A DNA stretch of 63,790 nt, filler included, from Sandaracinaceae bacterium (GCA_947483975.1; 16 parts of 16 records of this genome joined end to end with filler, not necessarily neighbours in it), one strand, 5' to 3'; counted from the whole stretch's first letter, positions 34,347 to 42,789 are shown. The notes: generated by a model from the letters alone, not told the origin. A program made the numbers and translations.

Positions 34347-34410
34347 GCGGTGCAGCGGTGCAGCGGTGCAGCGGTGCAGCGGCGCAGCGGTGCAGCGGCG
34401 CAGCGGCGCA
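34347..34410 (+). repeat. Intergenic tandem repeat GCGGYGCA x8
   Basis: Eight consecutive 8-mers between the convergent xerD and GGDEF stops. Confidence 0.95.
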
Positions 34411-34413
34411 GCC

Positions 34414-36094
34414 CTAGCCGTCGTCCTCTGCGCGGTCGCTCGGAGGCGCGGGCTCCTCATGCCGCTCGACCCTGTTGCGACCCTTCAGCTTCGCTGCGTA
34501 GAGCGCTGCGTCGGCTCGATGCTCGAGACGTTCGACGGTGTCGTGCTCCGGCAGCAGGTCCGCGAGGCCGATGCTCGCCGTCACTCGCACGGGGCCCTTG
34601 CTCGTCGGAAACGGCGCACCGTTGATCGCCGTGAGCAGACGCTGCGCGACCTCACGGGCCATCTCGCCCTCCGTCTCGAGCAGGCAAAGGCAAAACTCCT
34701 CGCCGCCCCAGCGGGCGACGACGTCCACGGTGCGCACGGCGCGCACCAGGCGAAGCCCGAGCTCGACCAAGACCTCGTCGCCGACCGCATGACCGTGGAG
34801 GTCGTTGACCGACTTGAAGTGATCGACGTCGAGGATCGCGAGCGCCATGGGCCGCCAGCGACGACGCGCTCGACCGAGCTCCTGCGCGAGGAATTCCTGC
34901 AAATGGCGCCGGTTGGCGAGGCCAGTGAGCGCGTCGGTGCGCGCGAGACGGTCGAGCGCCGCCTTCAGCTCCTGCTCGCGCTCGAGCGCCGCGCGCAGCT
35001 CGGCGTTGGCCGCTTCGAGGTCTGCGGCGCGGTTCGTCGCCCACTCCAGCTCGGCTCGCGCGGACTCGGCGTGACAGCGCAGCTCGACCGCCTGCACGCG
35101 CTCTTCGATGCGCGACTCCACGAGCCGCTCGCGGAGCGCCAGGTGCTGCCGCAGCTCCCGGATGGCCCCGCTGAAGTCGCCCACGTTCTCGAGCACGCGC
35201 GCCAGCAGCTCGCGCGCCTCGGCGACGTTGCCGCGAAACCCGCGCGCGTCGGCGAGCGCGATGGCGCGCTCGAGGTGCGGCGCCGCCTCCGCGTAGCGCG
35301 AGGCCTCGACGAGGTGACGCCCGACGAGCAGCGCCTGCCGGGAGATCTGAAAGTGGTCGTGCAACGACTCGAGCAGCACCTCGCTGCGCCGGTAGAGCTC
35401 GAGCCCGCCCGCGAAGTCGCCGCGGGCGCAGGAGAGCCCGCCGAGCCCGCTGAGCAGCAGAGACTCGCACCAGGCGTCCCCGAGGCCGATCGCGAGCGCC
35501 ATGCCGTCGCGGTAGGTCGCCTCGGCCTCGTCGAGGCGGTTCATGCGGGCGAGCGCGCCGCCCAGGTTCGCGAGCGACTGCGCCTCTCGCCTCTCGTTGC
35601 CGAGCGCCCGGAAGATCGCGAGCGCCTTGCGCGTGTATTTCTCGTACGGCTCCGGCCGGTCCTGCGTCGCGTGCAGGAAGCCGAGGCCGGTGAGCAGCAC
35701 GCCCTCAGTCTCAAGGTCGCCCAGCTGACGCGCGAGCTCGATGCCGTCTTGCATGACGGCGGCGGTGTGCGCGACCTCGCCGAGGCGCGTGTAGAGGCGC
35801 GACTGCTGGACGACCGCCGCGAGCACCAGGTGCTCGTCGCCGTGCGCGCGCCCGCAGTGGAAGGCCTCGTTGATGAGCGCGAGGGCCGCCTGCGTCTCGC
35901 TGAGCCGGTAGAGGATCTGGGCGAGGATGCACTGACGCCAGCCGCGGTCTGGGCTCGCGGGGCTCGTGGCGGCGAGGTCGGCCTCTGCGAGAGGGCGCGC
36001 ACCCGCGGGATCGACGGCGACGAGCGCGTTCCGAAGCGCGTCGCTGGCGCGGTCCGCTGCGCTCCGACGGTCGGGCTCGGCCGGCGCTCGGCCC
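34414..36094 (-). CDS. TPR-containing diguanylate cyclase, 5' truncated
   Basis: DALTGLANRR, DVDHFKSVNDLHGHAVGD, RxxD-like RTVD and WGGEEF; TPR-rich N-part stays in frame to the contig edge. Confidence 0.92.
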
Positions 36095-36194
36095 NNNNNN
36101 NNNNNNNNNNNNNNNNNNNNNNNNNNNNNNNNNNNNNNTTAATTAATTAANNNNNNNNNNNNNNNNNNNNNNNNNNNNNNNNNNNNNNNNNNNN

Positions 36195-36309
36195 CATGAT
36201 GGTGCTCTACGGCCCGCCGCCGCTCGACGCCGGCCAGCCCCCCGAGCCAGACCTCGGCGGCCCGCTCCCGGCCTACGGCCCGCCGCCGCCCTTCGACGCG
36301 GGCGCGTAG
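36195..36309 (+). CDS. C-terminal part of a putative YG-motif RiPP precursor (spliceotide-like); not in ORF track
   Basis: Translation from 36196: MMVLYGPPPLDAGQPPEPDLGGPLPAYGPPPPFDAGA*. It has two xYGPPP motifs and converges on the rSAM/SPASM gene end. Confidence 0.7.
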
Positions 36310-36489
36310 TCGGTTCAGCCCCCCGACGCGGCCGCCTCCGCGCGGCTCACGCGCACCGGCAGCTGCGCGACCCAGTCCGCTGCAGAGGCTCGCGGAGTAG
36401 CAGCCGGCGCAGAAGCCCCAGAGGTCGCTCGCTTGGAAGTCGCGCACGAAGCGCAGCTCAGGCGCCGTCTCCCAGATCGCGCGCAGCGG
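36286..36489. repeat. Left copy of duplication: precursor 3' end plus internally deleted rSAM 3' remnant
   Basis: 36286-36380 is identical to 38435-38529 (95 bp). 36381-36489 matches 38712-38820 (109 bp, 3 mismatches). The segment 38530-38711 is absent from this copy. Confidence 0.95.
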
Positions 36490-36848
36490 ACGAGACGGGC
36501 CTAGCGGGCCTCGCCGAGACCACCGGTCTCTCCTGGCGCCTCGACATGGAGCGGTTCTTCGAGGCCTGGGTGGAGTCCCTGGCCGACGGGGTGAGCCGCC
36601 GCATTGGCGCCGTTCTGCGTGCGGGGCGGACCGAGGCGACGCGAGTTCCACTGAACTGGGAGCCGCGCGGCGGCGGCGGCCTGCGGTCCCTGCTCCCCGA
36701 CCTCGTCCTCGCTCGATCGGACCGCACCATCGTGATCGACGCGAAGTACAAGCCGCACGGAGAGGAGTTGGGGATCCGCGGCGGGTGGACCTGGTCGTCT
36801 GTGCGCTGCCGTTGGGGGTGTCCGCGGAGCGGGGCCGGGCGGCGCTGA
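36490..36848 (+). pseudogene. mcrC: McrC-like PD-(D/E)xK nuclease fragment
   Basis: GLAGL...WRLDMERFFEAWV...SLLPDLVL...IVIDAKYKPH; no 5' portion (starts at the repeat junction) and the sequence degenerates after the catalytic motif. Confidence 0.6.
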
Positions 36849-37052
36849 TGGAGGCAATTGGGGCATAAAGGGCGGGCCTGGCCATGCCCGTCGAAGGGGC
36901 ACCAAACGCCCCCCGATGTGCACCCAGCCCGGCCGGTCGAGAAGGTGGCGCCAGCCGAAGAGCGCGGCGGGGAGCGTGCATTTGACCTCCAGATCGGTAC
37001 GGGTCTGCGCGTAGGAATGGCTGAGGGCCAGGCTGAGCCCGACCGTTGATCG

Positions 37053-37826
37053 TCAGTACGCGGACAGCTCCTCAAGGGGCACGCCGAGCCGCCTCGCGAT
37101 CACCGAGAGGGTACGGCTTCGCGGCTGCGTCTCGCCACGCTCGATGCGAGCGAGAGTCTTGGCGCTCGTGCTGCCGAAGTCCTCGCGAGCGATCCCCTTC
37201 TGGCTGCGAAGGCGACGGATAGCCCCGCCGAGCGTGGCATCAGCTTGAATCGCTCGCTTCTTCAGACGTCGGCGTGCGTCGGCATCACACTCGTAGAGGA
37301 GCGCGTCTGCGGCGACCTCGTACTCTCCGAAGCACACCGTCTGCCCGTAGTCCGTGACGGAGACACGAGCCGCGTCTGGCTTGGGTCCGCCCTTTGCCTG
37401 GCGGAACGTAGAGAGCGGTACGACGAGCGAGCCAAGGTCCCCGCGAACGAGGACGAGCATATCGTCGTCCGGAAGGGCCTGCGCGGCGACGAAGAGGTCG
37501 CGGGCGTCCTTCGATGCGACGACCTCGCGCAGCTCCTCCCAGGGCAGCAGCGCCATGCCCGGGCTCGGCTCGACGACAACCGAGAAGAATGCGTCCATCA
37601 GCACTCGCCGCGCTGGGGAGATCGTCTCCATGGTCAGCAAGGCATGTCCCCTCTTGCAGATGTGGACCGCCTTGGTGATCACACGCAGGTCGCTCGCGTC
37701 GTAAGCGAGCCACAGCGCGTGCTTGCCGGCGTAGGCCTTCCTCGCCGCCGCTTGCGAGCTGACCTTCACGGCGCTCCGACCGTGCGCGCTACCGCCATCC
37801 GACACGACGTAAAGGTTGGTCGTCAT
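37053..37826 (-). CDS. DUF2442-like domain + C-terminal XRE HTH protein (putative antitoxin/regulator)
   Basis: SLVVPLSTF...VTDYGQTVCFGEYEVAADAL; C-terminal IRRLRSQKGI...TLARIERGETQP...IARRLGV. Confidence 0.65.
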   Translation of the reverse strand: MTTNLYVVSDGGSAHGRSAVKVSSQAAARKAYAGKHALWLAYDASDLRVITKAVHICKRGHALLTMETISPARRVLMDAFFSVVVEPSPGMALLPWEELREVVASKDARDLFVAAQALPDDDMLVLVRGDLGSLVVPLSTFRQAKGGPKPDAARVSVTDYGQTVCFGEYEVAADALLYECDADARRRLKKRAIQADATLGGAIRRLRSQKGIAREDFGSTSAKTLARIERGETQPRSRTLSVIARRLGVPLEELSAY

Positions 37827-38098
37827 CGCTCACCCTCCACGGGATTCTCCGGATACATCAGGTTCCACGCGGCAATGAGAGCCGGTAGGTGGTCGAGCAC
37901 ATAATCGACGAGGTCGCGGGGCACCTCCTTCGGAGGCGGCTCCTTGTCGAGGAACGCGCGTTCGCGGAGGCCGATGCGCCATACGCGCGTCTTGTTCAGC
38001 AAAGTGACGTGCGGCGGCTCCACACGCTCGCGGTCGCGGACCTTCACCTTCCAATGCGCGGACTTGTGCTTCGCTGGCAGGAGTAACTCGTAGGCCAC
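37823..38098 (-). CDS. DUF4160-like small protein (putative toxin)
   Basis: 91 aa with EPPHV motif and C-terminal LIAAWN; ATGA-coupled to the HTH gene. Confidence 0.6.
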   Translation of the reverse strand: MAYELLLPAKHKSAHWKVKVRDRERVEPPHVTLLNKTRVWRIGLRERAFLDKEPPPKEVPRDLVDYVLDHLPALIAAWNLMYPENPVEGER

Positions 38099-38189
38099 GG
38101 GCTGCAGTGTCGCACGGGGTCATCAGTACATCATTGTGTCCCATTATTGACGTCTTGCAAGAAGGGACGCTTGACCGGACTCCGGGCGC

Positions 38190-38295
38190 TAGACCCCTCC
38201 AGCGTCTTAGTCCGACACGCTTGGAACTCCTCGTCGGGGACGAGCCCCTGGGCCTTGAGGTCGCCAAGGCTGCGTAGACGGTCAGCGGCAGACGG
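38190..38295 (-). pseudogene. SHOCT-domain remnant
   Basis: AADRLRSLGDLKAQGLVPDEEFQACRTKTL matches the L-x-x-L-x-x-L-x-x-x-G-x-x-x-x-E-E-F pattern; no convincing upstream gene. Confidence 0.45.
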
Positions 38296-38434
38296 CGCAC
38301 CGCATTCGGGCGCTCCTAGGGGCGCAGGTGCAGCCAGCGCTGCGGGCATGGACGCTCCAGCTGCGGCGGCGTTCGAGCGCGGCGCATAGGACATTCGCAG
38401 CGGCGAACACCCTTCCACGCTCGCCAGACTCGAC

Positions 38435-38529
38435 CCGCCCTTCGACGCGGGCGCGTAGTCGGTTCAGCCCCCCGACGCGGCCGCCTCCGCGCGGCTCACG
38501 CGCACCGGCAGCTGCGCGACCCAGTCCGC
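38435..38529. repeat. Right copy of the 95-bp direct repeat
   Basis: Identical to 36286-36380; contains the last 24 nt of the precursor and the stop of the intact rSAM gene. Confidence 0.95.
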
Positions 38530-39726
38530 GGGCGCGTCCTCGAGCACGAGCTCGAAGCGCCCGCGGTCGCGGATCTCCCCCGCCGCCTCCTCGACGCGCA
38601 CGAGCCGCTCGCGCTTGCCCGCGCGCAGCAGCTCGACCGCGCGGTGATGGCAGTACGGGTTGTTGCCGCGCGCGCCGAGCAGCGTCGACGCCGTCCAGAT
38701 GCAGCCCCCTTTGCAGAGGCTCGCGTAGTAGCAGCCGGCGCAGAAGCCCCAGAGGTCGCTGGCTTGGAAGTCGCGCACGAAGCGCAGCTCGGGCGCCGTC
38801 TCCCAGATCGCGCGCAGCGGGCGCTGGCGCACGTTGCCGCCGACGTAGCCCGCCGTCGCCATCGCCGAGCAGCCCTTGACGTCGCCGTTCGCCTCGAGCC
38901 CGAGCGTCAGCACGCCACCGCCGCAGCCGCCGGAGTGTCCGCGGCGTGAGCGCCCGTCGCGCAGCGTGTGCTCGTAGGGCCCGAAGTAGCCGACGTTGTT
39001 CCCCGGCCAGAGCGCAATGCCGACCTCGTCGCAGCGCGTGCGCGCCTCGGCGACGAGCGGGATCACCTCGAGCAGCTCGTACGGCTCGAGCCAGAGGTCG
39101 GTCGCCTCAGCGGCGCGCCCCATCGGCACCATCAGCTGCACCTGCCAGCCGTACGGCTTCTGCGCGGTGAGCAGCTCGGTGATCGCCGGGAGCTGCCTGA
39201 AGTTCTTGCGATTGAGCTGCGTGTTGCAGCCGACGGGGATGCCCGCGGCGCGCAGGTTCTCCATGGCCCGCAGCGCGCCCGCGTGGCTGCCGCGCACGCC
39301 GCGCAGCCCGTCGTGCATCTCCTCGACGCCGTCGAGCGACACGCTGACCGCCGTGATGCCCGCGTCGGCGGCTTGCTTGGCGAGGTCCGCCGTGAAGCCG
39401 CGCCCGCCCGTCACCATCGAGCAGTCGATGCCGCGCTCGCGGATCGCGCGCACGAGCGTCAGCCAGTCGGGGCGCAGGTACGCCTCGCCGCCGTGGATCG
39501 CGATCTCGCGCGTGCCGAGGTCCGCGAGCTGTCGAATCACGTCGAGGCACTCAGCCGTCGTCAGCTCGTCCTCGCGCGCCCGCCCGGCGCGGCTGCCGCA
39601 GAAGCGGCACGCCTGGTCGCAGCGGAGCGTGAGCTCCCAGACGACGAAGAGCGGTCGGTAGTCGATGCTCCCGTCCGCGTGACGCAACAACTGAAGAGGG
39701 ACGCGCTTGGTGCGTGGCTCTGCCAT
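38464..39726 (-). CDS. Radical SAM/SPASM peptide maturase, PlpX/TIGR03913-like (probable tyramine-excising splicease)
   Basis: VWELTLRCDQACRFCGSRAG, GGEAYLRPDW, WQVQLMVPMGRA, PGNNVGYFGPYE; SPASM cysteines GC...VKGC...FCAGCYYASLCKGGC...NNPYCHHR. Confidence 0.85.
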   Translation of the reverse strand: MAEPRTKRVPLQLLRHADGSIDYRPLFVVWELTLRCDQACRFCGSRAGRAREDELTTAECLDVIRQLADLGTREIAIHGGEAYLRPDWLTLVRAIRERGIDCSMVTGGRGFTADLAKQAADAGITAVSVSLDGVEEMHDGLRGVRGSHAGALRAMENLRAAGIPVGCNTQLNRKNFRQLPAITELLTAQKPYGWQVQLMVPMGRAAEATDLWLEPYELLEVIPLVAEARTRCDEVGIALWPGNNVGYFGPYEHTLRDGRSRRGHSGGCGGGVLTLGLEANGDVKGCSAMATAGYVGGNVRQRPLRAIWETAPELRFVRDFQASDLWGFCAGCYYASLCKGGCIWTASTLLGARGNNPYCHHRAVELLRAGKRERLVRVEEAAGEIRDRGRFELVLEDAPADWVAQLPVRVSRAEAAASGG

Positions 39727-39775
39727 AGGCGCCAGCGTAGCAGCGGTCCCGGCGGCGCCGACAGAGCGCGCTTGC

Positions 39776-40016
39776 CTGCGCCGCAGGCCATTTTTTTCGC
39801 CGCTGACTCCTTTGGGCTGCGCCGCAGGCCTTTTTTTTCGTCGCTGACTCCTTTGGGCTGCACCGCAGGCCTTTTTTTTCGTCGCTGACTCCTTTGGGCT
39901 GCGCCGCAGGCCTTTTTTTTCGTCGCTGACTCTTTTGCCCTGCGCCGCAGGCCATTTCCGTTCGCGATTGACTCTTTTGCCCTGCGCCGCAGGCCATTTC
40001 CGTTCGTCGCTGACTC
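39776..40016 (+). repeat. Tandem array of six 41-42-bp hairpin + T-tract units
   Basis: Units start at 39776, 39817, 39858, 39899, 39940 and 39982; consensus CTGCGCCGCAGGCCTTTTTTTTCGTCGCTGACTCCTTTGGG; no unique spacers. Confidence 0.95.
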
Positions 40017-40172
40017 GCTCGGCCGGAGGCGCGGACCACCGACGCGAAAATTCGTCCTCGGGGCGTCGCTCANNNNNNNNNNNNNNNNNNNNNNNNNNNN
40101 NNNNNNNNNNNNNNNNTTAATTAATTAANNNNNNNNNNNNNNNNNNNNNNNNNNNNNNNNNNNNNNNNNNNN

Positions 40173-40476
40173 AGGCGAGCAGCGAGCCGTGCAGCCGCTC
40201 GCGCTCCGCTTGGACGGCGTTCAGCTCCGCGCGCATCGCGGCCATGCGCCGGTCGGCGTCGCGCACGCGGGACTCGTCCTCGACGCGCAGGCGCGCCTCG
40301 GCCTCGGCGACGCGCAGGGCGTGCTGCTCCGTCTCGCGGCGAAGGGCGGCCGCGCTGAGCTCGGCCTGCTTGCGCTGCTCGACGGCGGCGCGCTCGTCGT
40401 CGACGCGCTGCTCCTCGAGGCCGCGCAGCTCCGAGAGTGCCGTCAGTACGCTGTGGTCGGTGGTGCGCTGGGTCAT
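40173..40476 (-). CDS. Coiled-coil protein, 3' truncated
   Basis: GAGGAG RBS; SVLTALSELRGLEEQRV followed by E/R/A-rich heptads. Confidence 0.7.
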
Positions 40477-40505
40477 GGTCGTCGTGCTCCTCGAGGGGAC
40501 GAGAG

Positions 40506-40521
40506 AGCACGCGCCGGGCCA
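40506..40521 (-). promoter_or_regulatory. Sigma54 (-24/-12) promoter
   Basis: TGGCCCGGCGCGTGCT on the minus strand; GG and GC spaced exactly as in TGGCACG-N4-TTGCW; 30 nt before the ATG and just downstream of a bEBP gene. Confidence 0.7.
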
Positions 40522-40572
40522 ACGCGCAGACCGTGGTTTCTCCAGCGAATTGACGGGCTGAGTCAGACTGAG

Positions 40573-40610
40573 GCTGCGAATCGTAGAGTCTTGTGTCTAC
40601 GATTCGTAGC
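40573..40610. promoter_or_regulatory. 15-bp inverted repeat, candidate enhancer (UAS); alternatively a terminator
   Basis: GCTGCGAATCGTAGA-N8-TCTACGATTCGTAGC (1 mismatch), centred roughly 95 nt upstream of the inferred sigma54 start; no U-tract. Confidence 0.55.
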
Positions 40611-40636
40611 GGAGCGCCGCGCCTGATGCCGAGCGC

Positions 40637-42400
40637 TCAGGCCTTGCGGCGGGCGCGCAGGCCGAGCTGATTGAAGCGCAGGCGCACGCGGCGCGCGTTC
40701 GTCGTCGCGTCGCCGAGCAGGAGCCGGCGCGCCATCGCCTCGAAGTCGCCGCTCGTCTCGCCGTAGAGGCGCTCGTAGAGCTGCCGCTCGAGGCTGACGG
40801 CGACGTCGTGCGCGGTCGTGCCGGGGCGCACCTCGAAGCTCTCGGCGCCGCGCTTCGGGCGGGGCGCGTCGGGCGCCCAAGACGCGGCGACGAGCTCGCG
40901 CACGAGCTTCGCGGGGATGGGCACGATGCGCGCTTGCTGCGTCGTGCCGGTCGCGCGGCGGGAGGCGGGGCGGGTCGAGTCGGGCGGCGTCGCGTCCGCT
41001 TGACCCTCGGTGGCGGCGAGCGCGTCGGAGAGCGCGGAGACGACCGCGGTCTTCAAGAGGAGCTCGAGCTCGCGCACGTTGCCGGGCCAGGCGTGCGCCT
41101 CGAGCGCGGTGAGGCTGGGGCGCGCGAGCACGAAGACGACGCCGCGCGTCGGCGCAGCGGGCGCGCGACCGATGACGAGCTCCGCGTGCGGGGCGGACGC
41201 GAGCGCGGAGCCTGCCTGTCGGTCGAGCCCGGCGGCCTCGAGGTAGCGCGCGAGGAGCGCCCGATCGACGCCGCTCGCGAAGGTCTTGCGCACGAAGGAC
41301 GCGGCGAGCTCCGGCAGGTCGGCGATGCGCTCGCGGAGCGGCGGCAGGCGCAGCTTCGCGGCGGGGTTGAGGCGCGCGTAGAGGTCGGCGCGGAAGGTGC
41401 CGCTCCGCACGCTCGCCTCGAGGTCGGCGTTGGTCGCGGCGATCACCTTGACGTCGACGGGGCGCGCGGCGCTCTCGCCGAGGCGCGTGATGCGCCCGTC
41501 TTGGAGCACGAGCAGCAACATCCGCTGCTGCTCCGGCGAGAGGTTGCCGATCTCGTCGAGGAGCAGCGTGCCGCCGTCCGCGCGCTCGAAGCGACCCGCG
41601 CGCTCGACGGCGCCGCTGAACGCGCCGCGCGCCGTGCCGAAGAGCTCAGCGCCGACGAGCGTCTCGGGGAGCGCGGAGAGATCGACGGCGACGAACGGGC
41701 CTTTGCGCTCGGTCGCGGGGTGAATCACGCGCTCGGCGAGGGCGCTCTTGCCGGTGCCCGTCTCGCCGAGGAGCAGCATCGGCAAGGACGTGCGCGCGAG
41801 GGTCGTCGCGTCGCGGCGGAGGCGCGCCATCGCGGGCGTGTGCCCCCACGAGTAGCCGCCGGCCTCGGGCGCGTCTGCGCGGCGGGCGAGCACGCGCTCG
41901 ACGAGGAGCGAGAGGGCGCGCGCGTCGAAGGCGGCCTCGCCCGCGAGCGTCGCGAACTCGTCGACGGCGAGCGCCTCGGCGGCGTCCTCGAAGGCGAGCT
42001 CCTCTTCGCTCGTCATCAGCACGACGGGCAGGTCCCCGCGCGAGCGCCGCAGGTGCGCGAGGATCGCGATGCCTTGGAGCCGACGGCGCCGCTCGAGGTC
42101 CGGCTCGGACGACGGCAGCAGGCGCGCCTCGGGGAGGTCGAAGGCGACGTCGAGGAGCACGACGTCGACGTCGGGGTGACGGGCGAGCGCCTCGTCGGCC
42201 TCGCGCGCGTCGTGCGCGTGCGTGAGCTTGCAGCCGCGGCGCTCGGGGCAGGTCCAGCACGGGCCGGGCAGCGCGCAGCGCGTCGCGTAGTCGTAGTCGC
42301 GCAGGAGCGCGTGCGCGAGCTCGACGTAGCGCTCGCCGTCGTCGACGATCAGGAGCTTGGGGCGGCGGAGGCGCTGCGCGCGGCGGGGCTGGGAGGTCAT
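40637..42400 (-). CDS. Sigma54-dependent activator (REC-AAA+) with Cys-rich insertion
   Basis: LLIVDD...VLLD receiver; GETGTGKS, ELFG...GAFSGA, LLLDEI, FRADLYARL and WPGNVREL; start ATG 42400 within ORF 40637..43198. Confidence 0.9.
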   Translation of the reverse strand: MTSQPRRAQRLRRPKLLIVDDGERYVELAHALLRDYDYATRCALPGPCWTCPERRGCKLTHAHDAREADEALARHPDVDVVLLDVAFDLPEARLLPSSEPDLERRRRLQGIAILAHLRRSRGDLPVVLMTSEEELAFEDAAEALAVDEFATLAGEAAFDARALSLLVERVLARRADAPEAGGYSWGHTPAMARLRRDATTLARTSLPMLLLGETGTGKSALAERVIHPATERKGPFVAVDLSALPETLVGAELFGTARGAFSGAVERAGRFERADGGTLLLDEIGNLSPEQQRMLLLVLQDGRITRLGESAARPVDVKVIAATNADLEASVRSGTFRADLYARLNPAAKLRLPPLRERIADLPELAASFVRKTFASGVDRALLARYLEAAGLDRQAGSALASAPHAELVIGRAPAAPTRGVVFVLARPSLTALEAHAWPGNVRELELLLKTAVVSALSDALAATEGQADATPPDSTRPASRRATGTTQQARIVPIPAKLVRELVAASWAPDAPRPKRGAESFEVRPGTTAHDVAVSLERQLYERLYGETSGDFEAMARRLLLGDATTNARRVRLRFNQLGLRARRKA

Positions 42401-42789
42401 GGGCGGGCTCCGGCGCGCAGGTCGCGGGCGAGGGCGCGAAGCGTGGACTCGACGGCGAGCGCGAGCGAGGCGAGGGCGCGCAGCGCGGCTGGATCGCCGT
42501 CGCGCGCGGCGCGCTCGTGCGAGGCGGCGGTGGTCAGGAGCGCGCGCACCTCGTCGAGGCGGGCGTCGTGCGTGAGCGCGGCGAGGTCGGGCGCTAGCTC
42601 GTCGAAGCGCGCGAGGGCAGGGCGCCCGGCGTGCGTCTCGAAGACGTCCGCGAGGAGCATGGCGGCGAGAGGGGGCGGCACCTCTCCGCCGGGCGGCACG
42701 TTGCGCGCGATACGCGCGAGGTACTTGCCGACGTCGTGCGCGAGGGCCGCGGCGAGCCCTGCTGCGCGCTCTGCGTCGCGCGCGCTCAT
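42397..42789 (-). CDS. Small helical protein with an H-box-like motif (putative phosphotransfer protein)
   Basis: 130 aa; LAAALAHDVGKY resembles the HisKA H-box; ATGA overlaps on both sides. Confidence 0.6.
   Translation of the reverse strand: MSARDAERAAGLAAALAHDVGKYLARIARNVPPGGEVPPPLAAMLLADVFETHAGRPALARFDELAPDLAALTHDARLDEVRALLTTAASHERAARDGDPAALRALASLALAVESTLRALARDLRAGARP

Noticed and set aside
39776..40016. CRISPR array
   Set aside because: The units are contiguous near-identical repeats with no unique spacers, and no cas genes are present.
39551..40039. Repeat-derived ORF (EMACGAGQKSQ...) as the rSAM precursor
   Set aside because: Most units are 41 bp so the frame shifts each unit; the ORF overlaps the rSAM start out of frame; the YG-repeat ORF at 36195 fits the enzyme family better.
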